Source of the DNA: Alphaproteobacteria bacterium
Lineage (GTDB): Bacteria; Pseudomonadota; Alphaproteobacteria; GCA-2731375
Direction: 5' to 3'
DNA length: 64,000 bases
Assembly (NCBI GenBank): GCA_965232515.1
Contig: CBDDPY010000002.1
Location: forward strand, 7,232,001-7,296,000
Shown: positions 57,121 to 64,000 of the stretch, one piece after another
How the letters are laid out: every line of letters begins with the position of its first letter
Numbering within the stretch: the stretch's first letter is position 1
Made by a program: the position numbers and the translations under genes
The notes under the pieces: generated by a model
Database searches by the model: none
Told to the model about the DNA's origin: nothing
The model's input: only the letters and a program-made list of their open reading frames with translations

Positions 57121-58134
57121 CTAGGGCACGGGCAGGCCGTCGAAGATCTGCTGCAGAAGATCTTCGGCCGTCATGTCGGCCGCCTCCGCCTCGTAGGTAA
57201 TCAGCACGCGGTGACGCAGCACGTCCATGCCGATCGACTTCACATCCTGCGGCGTGACGTAGCCGCGCCCGCAAATGAAGGCATGCGCCTTCGCCGCCAG
57301 CGCCAGATAGATCGACGCCCGGGGCGAAGCGCCGAAATCGACATAGGCGCCGATGTCGAGGCCGTGCGCCGCCGGTTCGCGCGTCGCATGCACGACATCG
57401 ACAATGTAGTTCTTGATCTTGTCGTCGAGATAGATGCTGTCGACGGTTTGCCGCGCCGCCAGGATATCGGCCGTCGTCGTGACCGGGTCGGCCTTTTCCT
57501 GCGGCTGCGTCGTCGCCATGCGTTCCAGGATCTGCAATTCCTCGTCGCGGCTCGGATAAGAGATCTTCAGCTTCAGCATGAAGCGGTCGAGTTGGGCTTC
57601 GGGCAGCGGATAGGTGCCCTCGTGTTCCAGCGGGTTCTGCGTCGCCAGCACCAGGAAGGGGTGCGGCAGCGGGAAGCTCTCCTCGCCGATCGTCACCTGA
57701 CCTTCCTGCATGGCTTCCAGCAGCGCGCTCTGCACTTTCGCGGGCGCCCGGTTGATCTCGTCGGCCAGCACGATGTTGGCGAAAATCGGTCCCTTCCGGA
57801 CGCGGAACTCGCCCGACTGCGGCTGATAGATCAGCGTGCCGATCAGGTCGGCCGGCAGCAGGTCGGGGGTGAACTGCACGCGCTGGAAATCGGCTTGCAG
57901 CGCTTCCGACATTGCCGTCACGGCACGCGTCTTGGCCAGGCCCGGCACGCCCTCCAGCAGCACGTGGCCGTTCGCCAGCAGGCCGACCAGCAGGCGCTCC
58001 AGCAGGTAGTGCTGGCCGATGATGACCCGGCCCATCGCCGCCATCATGTCCTCGACGAACCGGCTTTGCCGTTCGACCTCCGCGTCGATCTCCTGCACGT
58101 CGCGCGGCGTCAACGGAAGTATCTCGCGCAACAA
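57121..58134 (-). CDS. MoxR family AAA+ ATPase
   Basis: LLEGVPGLAKT, QFTPDLLPAD, LADEINRAPAKVQSALLEAM, ATQNP-E-EGTYPLPEAQLDRF and GASPRA. Confidence 0.95.
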   Translation of the reverse strand: MLREILPLTPRDVQEIDAEVERQSRFVEDMMAAMGRVIIGQHYLLERLLVGLLANGHVLLEGVPGLAKTRAVTAMSEALQADFQRVQFTPDLLPADLIGTLIYQPQSGEFRVRKGPIFANIVLADEINRAPAKVQSALLEAMQEGQVTIGEESFPLPHPFLVLATQNPLEHEGTYPLPEAQLDRFMLKLKISYPSRDEELQILERMATTQPQEKADPVTTTADILAARQTVDSIYLDDKIKNYIVDVVHATREPAAHGLDIGAYVDFGASPRASIYLALAAKAHAFICGRGYVTPQDVKSIGMDVLRHRVLITYEAEAADMTAEDLLQQIFDGLPVP

Positions 58135-58505
58135 ACCGGCGACGGCTGACGGAGGCCTGTTGTGTCCAGGGTCAACACGTGCCGGTCGTCAAAAACTGTG
58201 GTTGCGCATGCGACAGCCGCCATCGGGAGATAAAGACCGGCCGAACGCCGATACATGGCCTGTCCATGATGTGCGTCAATTTTGACACGACGCTGGGCCG
58301 CAGACCACCACCTTGCAATGGAACCGGATGCCGGAGTCATTCGCTTTAGCGTCCCCAAGTAGCCGATGTGAGCGTTGCGAAAAAGTGGCCGTTTTGTGGC
58401 AGCGCTCACACCTGGCCCGCCGGATTGATCCCACATTATGACAAGCGGCCCGAGTGTATTGGTCGGGTTGGCGGACTTTGAAACGGCAAATGAGGGCAAT
58501 TCGAT

Positions 58506-59342
58506 ATGATTGACCGACTACGTCACCCGGATGAGGGCAAGTATTTCAAGCTGGCGGTCGTCGCCACGACACCGCTGCTGCTGATCGGTCTGGTGCTCGT
58601 CGCGGCGAGCATGGGCGGCCTGCTTCTGGCGGTCGCGCTGGTGCTGCCCATGTTGTGGCTGTCCATCAAGATGCTGGAGGCGCACTTCAAGGCCAATCTC
58701 GTCAAGGTCTCCGACCTGAACTTCCCCGAGGTCAAGGCGATCATCGACGAGGCGCGCGAGAAGTTGGACTATGAGCCCGACGTCGACGCTTATGTCAGGA
58801 GCGGCGACGCCAACATGTTCCTTTACAAGTTCTTCCGGACCAAGATGCTTGTCATCAACTCCGAGTTCATCGATGCGGCATCGCGCGACGAGCTGGTCTG
58901 GCTGGTCGGCCGCTTCATCGGCTCGTTGAAGGCCAAGCACGACCGGTTGACAGTGCTGTCGGCCTTGATCGGGATCTCCGAGAAGCTGGGCTTCCTGAAC
59001 CTACTGCTGTATCCGTACGAGCGGACCGTGGTTCATAGCGCCGACCAGATGGGCCTGTATCTGAGTGGCGATGTGAAAGCCGCGCTGACGGCGCTTAACC
59101 GCATGATCGTGGGCAAGGACCTGCACCGGCATGTCACGATCGAGGGTCTGCTGATGCAGAAGCGCGAGATCGACGGCCAGTTTCTGCCGAGCCTCGTGCG
59201 GCTGTTCTCGACGCATCCGCACATGGTCGATCGGCATGCCAACATGCTGCGGTTTGCCGCCGAGCATATGCCGGAGGCGCGCGCCGCCTACGATGCCGGC
59301 GTTACGACGAAACCGAAGCTGGTGTTCAAGGCCGCGGCCTGA
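58506..59342 (+). CDS. M48/HtpX-like membrane protein lacking HEXXH (pseudo-peptidase)
   Basis: Two N-terminal TM segments, VKVS---FPE, ANMF, DEL--LVG, SAD--G and FSTHP---R. The HEXXH position reads RFIGS. Confidence 0.65.
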   Translation: MIDRLRHPDEGKYFKLAVVATTPLLLIGLVLVAASMGGLLLAVALVLPMLWLSIKMLEAHFKANLVKVSDLNFPEVKAIIDEAREKLDYEPDVDAYVRSGDANMFLYKFFRTKMLVINSEFIDAASRDELVWLVGRFIGSLKAKHDRLTVLSALIGISEKLGFLNLLLYPYERTVVHSADQMGLYLSGDVKAALTALNRMIVGKDLHRHVTIEGLLMQKREIDGQFLPSLVRLFSTHPHMVDRHANMLRFAAEHMPEARAAYDAGVTTKPKLVFKAAA

Positions 59343-59412
59343 TCCCAGCGCGCTTTCCCGCCTTGATGCCGGACGGTCCGCCGTCCGGCATCGCCTGTTT
59401 GCCCGACCGCTC

Positions 59413-59436
59413 TATCAGGATATCGTAATATCAGAG
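59413..59436. promoter_or_regulatory. Palindromic operator candidate upstream of the second hydantoinase operon
   Basis: GATAT-cgta-ATATC (59419-59432) within TATC repeats at 8-bp period, about 40 nt before the ATG. Confidence 0.3.
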
Positions 59437-59471
59437 GGTTCGCGGCGTCGCCGCGGGGGCAGTGGGGAACA

Positions 59472-61517
59472 ATGGCGCAGCGGATTGGGGTCGATGTCGG
59501 CGGCACGTTCACCGACGTCGTGCGGCTGGATCTCGACACAGGCGCGCTCGCTTCGGCCAAGGTCGCGACGGACTATGGCGACGCCATCAACGGCATCCTC
59601 GCGGGCAAGGCGCTGGTCGACGACGGCGCGGTGTGCGAGGCGCTGCACCACGCGACCACGCTCGCGACCAACGCGCTCCTGCAGAACAAGCTGCCCAAGG
59701 CCGCGCTGCTGACCACGGCGGGCTTCCGCGACGTGCTGGATATCGGCCGCATCCAGCGTCCGGCCGAGGGGATCTACGACTTCAACATCGATACGCCGCA
59801 GCCGCTGGTGCCGCGCGCCCTGCGGCTGGAGGTTGCCGAGCGGATCGGCGCCGGCGGCGAGGTCGTGGCGCCGCTCGACGAGGCGGACCTGCGCAAGACC
59901 CTGCACGCGCTGCGGGCCGAGGCGGTCGAGGCCATCGCGGTCTGCGGCCTGTTCGCCTTCGTCAATCCGGCGCATGAGCAACGCATCGCCGAGATCGTCG
60001 CCGAGGACCTGCCCGGAGTCGCCGTATCGCTGTCGTCCATCGTTTCGCCCGAGATCCGCGAGTTCGAGCGCAGCTCGACCACGGTGATCGACGCCGTGCT
60101 GAAACCGCTGGTGTCGCCGTATCTCGCCGAGTTGCGGGACCGGGCGGCCACGGCCGGCGTCGGCAGCGTGCGCATCATGATGGCGTCAGGCGGCCTGACC
60201 TCGCCGGATCTCGCGGCCGGCAAGCCGGTCGCGGTGGTCAATTCCGGCCCGTCCGCCGGCGTGCTGGCGGCCGCCAATCTGGGCCGCGCCATCGGCCGCG
60301 ACGCGTCGATCACCATCGACATGGGCGGCACCAGCCTCGACATCGGCGTGGTCGAGCGCGGCCGGCCGGTGCAGCGCTACGAAGGCAAGATCGCCGGCTA
60401 TCCCATGCGCATGCCGATGATCGACGTGGCCGCGGTCGCCGCCGGCGGTGGGTCCATCGCCCAGGTCGACGATGTCGGCTATGTACAGGTCGCCCGCGAG
60501 TCGGCCGGCTCGGAGCCGGGACCGGCCTGCTACGGCCGCAGCGGTACGCGCCCGACCATCACCGATGCCGATGTCGTGCTCGGCCGGTTGGGCACCAGCC
60601 TCGGCGGCACCGGCGGCTTCGATCTGCAGCCGGATCGCGCCCGCCAGGCGCTGCAGACCGAGATCGCCGATCCGCTCGGTATCGATGCCGAAGAGGCGGC
60701 GACGGCCGTGCTCAGCATCATTCAGGCCCGCATGGTCAAGGCCGTCGCCGCCAACACGCTGGAGAAGGGGCTCGACGTGCGCGGGCTGCCGCTTGTCGTC
60801 TACGGCGGCGCCGGCCCGACCCACGGCGTCGAGCTGGCCGACGCCATGGGCATGGGGCAAGCGGTCATCCCCTATCTCGCCGGCAGCTTCTCGGCCATCG
60901 GCCTGGTGCTGTGCCCGCTGCGCTGGGACGTCTCGCGCATGCTGCTGCGGCCAACCGACGCGGTCGCGGGGTCGGATCTCGCCGGCATGTTGCGGGAGAT
61001 GAACGACGAGGCGCGCGCCAAGCTGGCGGCCACGGGCGCCGACATCGCCACGTTGTCGACGCACTGGCTGGCGCACATGCGTTACGCGGGGCAGTCCTAC
61101 GATCTGGCGGTCGATCTCGGACAACTGTTCGATGGCGATCTTGCTGAGAATATAATCAATGAGTTAATTGATTTATTTCATGTATTACATGAGAGGTTCT
61201 ATGCATACCGCAGCGAGGACGAGGTGGTGGAGATTGTCCAGCTCCGTCTGTCGGTGATCGGGCCGGAGACCGACTTTCCGCGGCCCGGGCGGCTGCCCGA
61301 GGAACCGCCTGCGTCCCTCGGCGAGCGCCGTGTATACTTCACGCAATCCGGCGGCTGGCGGGACGCGACGCTGTGGCATCGCCCCGACCTGCCGCCGGGC
61401 CACCGGATTCCCGGACCGGCGGTGGTCGAGGGCGAGGGCAGTGCCTGCCTCGTGCCGCCGGGCTGGCGGGCCGAGGTGGACGACTGGCTGAACCTAGTGG
61501 TGGCGCGAGAGGACTGA
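59472..61517 (+). CDS. Hydantoinase/5-oxoprolinase subunit A (second copy)
   Basis: GVDVGGTFTD, HATTLATN, SGPSAG, DMGGTS, AGGGSI, SAGSEPGP and YGGAG. Confidence 0.92.
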   Translation: MAQRIGVDVGGTFTDVVRLDLDTGALASAKVATDYGDAINGILAGKALVDDGAVCEALHHATTLATNALLQNKLPKAALLTTAGFRDVLDIGRIQRPAEGIYDFNIDTPQPLVPRALRLEVAERIGAGGEVVAPLDEADLRKTLHALRAEAVEAIAVCGLFAFVNPAHEQRIAEIVAEDLPGVAVSLSSIVSPEIREFERSSTTVIDAVLKPLVSPYLAELRDRAATAGVGSVRIMMASGGLTSPDLAAGKPVAVVNSGPSAGVLAAANLGRAIGRDASITIDMGGTSLDIGVVERGRPVQRYEGKIAGYPMRMPMIDVAAVAAGGGSIAQVDDVGYVQVARESAGSEPGPACYGRSGTRPTITDADVVLGRLGTSLGGTGGFDLQPDRARQALQTEIADPLGIDAEEAATAVLSIIQARMVKAVAANTLEKGLDVRGLPLVVYGGAGPTHGVELADAMGMGQAVIPYLAGSFSAIGLVLCPLRWDVSRMLLRPTDAVAGSDLAGMLREMNDEARAKLAATGADIATLSTHWLAHMRYAGQSYDLAVDLGQLFDGDLAENIINELIDLFHVLHERFYAYRSEDEVVEIVQLRLSVIGPETDFPRPGRLPEEPPASLGERRVYFTQSGGWRDATLWHRPDLPPGHRIPGPAVVEGEGSACLVPPGWRAEVDDWLNLVVARED

Positions 61518-61527
61518 GGCGACGACG

Positions 61528-63252
61528 ATGACCGAACCGACCGGCGACCTGCGGGCGAAGGTGCAGAGCCAGGTGATCCGCTACGCGCTCGAGCTGGTGG
61601 CCGAGGACATGGCGGCGACGCTCATGCGCACGGCGCGCTCGACCGTCATCAAGGAAGTCCAGGACCTGTCCTGCGCACTGTTCGACCGTGACGGCCGGGT
61701 CATCGTGCAGTCCAGCCACGCGCCCATGCTGCTGGCCGGCTCGACGCTGACCATGAACGAGGCGCTGAAGGTGCTCGCCGACCGGCCGTTGCAGGACGGC
61801 GACGTGATCATCGCCAACGATCCCTTCCGCGGCGGCCAGCACCTGATGGACGTGATGATGATCGCGCCGGTCTACGAGGCCGGCGATCTCGTCGGCTATG
61901 TCGGCTCGGTGGCGCACCATTCCGATCTCGGCGGGGCCTCGCCGGGCGGTGTCGCCGGCGGCCTGCGCGACATCTTTTCCGAAGGCCTGTGCTTTCCCTT
62001 CGTGCGGCTTTACATCGCCGGGCAGGAAAACCCCGATCTGTTCGCCATGATCGAGACCAATATCCGGGCGCCGCACAAGACGCTGGGCGACTTGCGGGCC
62101 CAGGCCTCGGCCTGCCTCACCGGCATCCGGCGCTATCGCGAGGTCATCGACCGCTTCGGCCTCTCAACGATCCGGCAGGCCGCCGAAATGCTGATCGCCG
62201 AAACCGAGGCTCGGCTGCGCAAGGGCGTCGAACGCCTGCCCGATGGCACATTCGTCGGCGAGGACGTGGTCGACGACGACGGCGTCAGCGATGCACCGAT
62301 CCCGATCCGGGTCGAAGTCACCAAGTCGGGCGGGCGGGTGACGGTCGACCTGACGGCATGCGGCGATCAGGTGCAGGGCAACGTCAACTGTCCGCTGGCG
62401 ACGACGCTGGCGGCGGTGCAGTACGGCTTCGTCGTCGCGCTCGACCGCCATGTCTGTCCCAACCAGGGCTGCTTCAACATCATCGAGATCGAGACCCGCA
62501 AGGGCTCGGTGGTCGATCCGCTGCGGCCGGCGGCGACGGCGGCGCGGACCAACGTTTCGTTGAAGGTGCAGGAGGCGACGCTGATGGCGCTGGCGCAGAT
62601 GCTGCCGGGCGAGATCATGGCGCCGAGCCACGCCCAGATCAGCCATGTCGCCTTTGTCGGCGACGATCCCGCGAGTGGCCGCACATTCGTCTACAACGAC
62701 ATCTTCGGCGGCGGCGCCGGCGCCCGGCCCAGCAAGGACGGCCGCGACGCCCAGGACACCCATCTCGCGCGCTTCATGAACACGCCGACCGAGATGATCG
62801 AGCATGAATATCCCGTGCGCTGCCACCAGTACACGCTGGTGCCGGATTCCGGCGGCGCCGGCCAGACCCGAGGCGCGCTCGGCGTCATGCGCGACGTCGA
62901 GGTGTTGATCGACAAGGCGCTGTTCTCGCGCTATGGCGACCGCCAGAAGTTCCCGGTCAAGGGCGCCGACGGCGGCGGCGAGGGCCGGCCCGGTCGTTTC
63001 GTGCTGAACCCGGACGGCGAGGCCCGGCCGTTAAAATCCAAAGGCGTCGACGAACTGCGGCGGGGTGATATCGTGCGCATCGTCACGCCGGGCGGCGGTG
63101 GCTACGGCCCGCCGGCGAAACGTCCGGTGGCGGCGGTCGCCGACGATCTTCACAACGGCAAGATCAGTGAGGATCATGTCCGCGACGCCTATGGCGCCGA
63201 GATGTTGGGTCGCGTGCGCGCTTACCTGGCGGGTGGCGTCGCCGCGGAGTGA
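61528..63252 (+). CDS. Hydantoinase/5-oxoprolinase subunit B (second copy)
   Basis: RTARS-VIKE--DLSC, NDPFRGGQHL-D, HHSDLGG, EGL, DSGGAG--RG and TPGGGGYG. Confidence 0.92.
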   Translation: MTEPTGDLRAKVQSQVIRYALELVAEDMAATLMRTARSTVIKEVQDLSCALFDRDGRVIVQSSHAPMLLAGSTLTMNEALKVLADRPLQDGDVIIANDPFRGGQHLMDVMMIAPVYEAGDLVGYVGSVAHHSDLGGASPGGVAGGLRDIFSEGLCFPFVRLYIAGQENPDLFAMIETNIRAPHKTLGDLRAQASACLTGIRRYREVIDRFGLSTIRQAAEMLIAETEARLRKGVERLPDGTFVGEDVVDDDGVSDAPIPIRVEVTKSGGRVTVDLTACGDQVQGNVNCPLATTLAAVQYGFVVALDRHVCPNQGCFNIIEIETRKGSVVDPLRPAATAARTNVSLKVQEATLMALAQMLPGEIMAPSHAQISHVAFVGDDPASGRTFVYNDIFGGGAGARPSKDGRDAQDTHLARFMNTPTEMIEHEYPVRCHQYTLVPDSGGAGQTRGALGVMRDVEVLIDKALFSRYGDRQKFPVKGADGGGEGRPGRFVLNPDGEARPLKSKGVDELRRGDIVRIVTPGGGGYGPPAKRPVAAVADDLHNGKISEDHVRDAYGAEMLGRVRAYLAGGVAAE

Positions 63253-63334
63253 CCGGCAACCGGGTTTAAGTTCAATCGTTTCATAAACGGCCGGCTGCAA
63301 CGCCGGCTACCGTCAGCAAAATGGGGAGTGTGAC

Positions 63335-64000
63335 ATGACTGCGAGACCAACGATCATCAGGCGCAAGCTGGCCGCGGCGACGGCGGGCGCGGCGCTGTTG
63401 CTGACCGGCATTTGCGGTGCCGGCGCCGCCATGGCCGAGGACACGGTGCGCGCCGTCGCGGCGTTTCCGAAATCCGTGCTCTTCACCCAGAGCTTCCTGC
63501 GCTATGTCGAGAAGGTGAATGCCGGCGGCAAGGGCATCGTGCAGATACAGTATGTCGGCGGGCCCGAGGTCATCAAAGGCCTCGACCAGGGCGAGGCCGT
63601 GCGGCGTGGCACGATCGACATGGCCTATGTGCCTGGCAGCTACTATCCCGGCATCGTGCCCGAGACCGACGCGCTGGTCGGCTCCAACATCACGCCGATG
63701 GAGCAGCGGGCGAACGGCGGCATCGATCTGTTCAACAAGGTGCATCAGGAAAAGCTGAACGCCTACTATCTCGGCCATATCGACGGTGGCGTGGTGTTCC
63801 ACATCTACACCATCGACAAGCCGAAGATGTCGGGCGGCAAGCTCGACTTGAGCGGCGTCAAGCTGCGCGGCGCGCCGATCTATCGCGAATTCTTCACCGA
63901 CTACCTCGGCGCCACCTACGTGCAGGTTCGCGTGCCGGAAGTCTACACGGCGCTGGAGCGCGGCACCGTGGATGGGCTCGGCTGGCCGATCGTCGCGCTG
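63335..64000 (+). CDS. TRAP substrate-binding protein (DctP-like), 3'-truncated, absent from ORF track
   Basis: Hand translation: MTARPTIIRRK...AFPKS...YVGGPEVI...G-IDM...GVKLRG...EVYTALERGTVDG. Frame stays open to the window end. Confidence 0.88.
   Translation, partial: MTARPTIIRRKLAAATAGAALLLTGICGAGAAMAEDTVRAVAAFPKSVLFTQSFLRYVEKVNAGGKGIVQIQYVGGPEVIKGLDQGEAVRRGTIDMAYVPGSYYPGIVPETDALVGSNITPMEQRANGGIDLFNKVHQEKLNAYYLGHIDGGVVFHIYTIDKPKMSGGKLDLSGVKLRGAPIYREFFTDYLGATYVQVRVPEVYTALERGTVDGLGWPIVAL

Noticed and set aside
61141-61208. dif site or mobile-element end
   Set aside because: No XerD-arm-like TTATG motif in the right layout, no integrase or transposase nearby, and the host reading frame is uninterrupted.

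Overview
High-GC (roughly 65-68%, by eye) bacterial DNA, most likely an alphaproteobacterium (RIME-like palindromes, DUF992/DUF1194-like genes, alpha-type PqqA). The window has four blocks. (1) 1-18.7 kb, nitrogen-compound catabolism: racemase, SelA/DgaE-like PLP enzyme, an M20 hydrolase with an altered active site, TRAP transporter, hydantoinase/oxoprolinase B+A behind a sigma54-type promoter, CUT1 ABC transporter, and the URC1-URC4-upp uracil catabolism trio. (2) 19-32 kb: a secreted TPR-CHAT protease convergent on a two-partner secretion pair (repeat-rich TpsA plus TpsB), then small DUF genes. (3) 34.4-58.1 kb, the most interesting part, a PQQ/probable-lanthanide supercluster: a Ped/Lut-type ABC transporter whose beta-propeller carries a 16+6 poly-Asp insertion; pqqABCDE (pqqA is missing from the ORF track) running into a second ABC transporter; a divergent PQQ dehydrogenase with a twin-arginine signal and the D-x-D lanthanide motif but no vicinal disulfide; cytochrome c; a small secreted protein; DUF1800/DUF1501; a stand-alone CcmI-like domain; and a convergent MoxR-DUF58-vWA-vWA-TPR-subtilase operon. 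(4) 58.5-64 kb: an M48-like pseudo-protease, a second hydantoinase A+B pair with an AT-rich double palindrome inside the coding sequence, and a partial TRAP binding protein. I found no rRNA, tRNA, CRISPR array or transposase. All family calls come from recognising motifs by eye, not from database searches.
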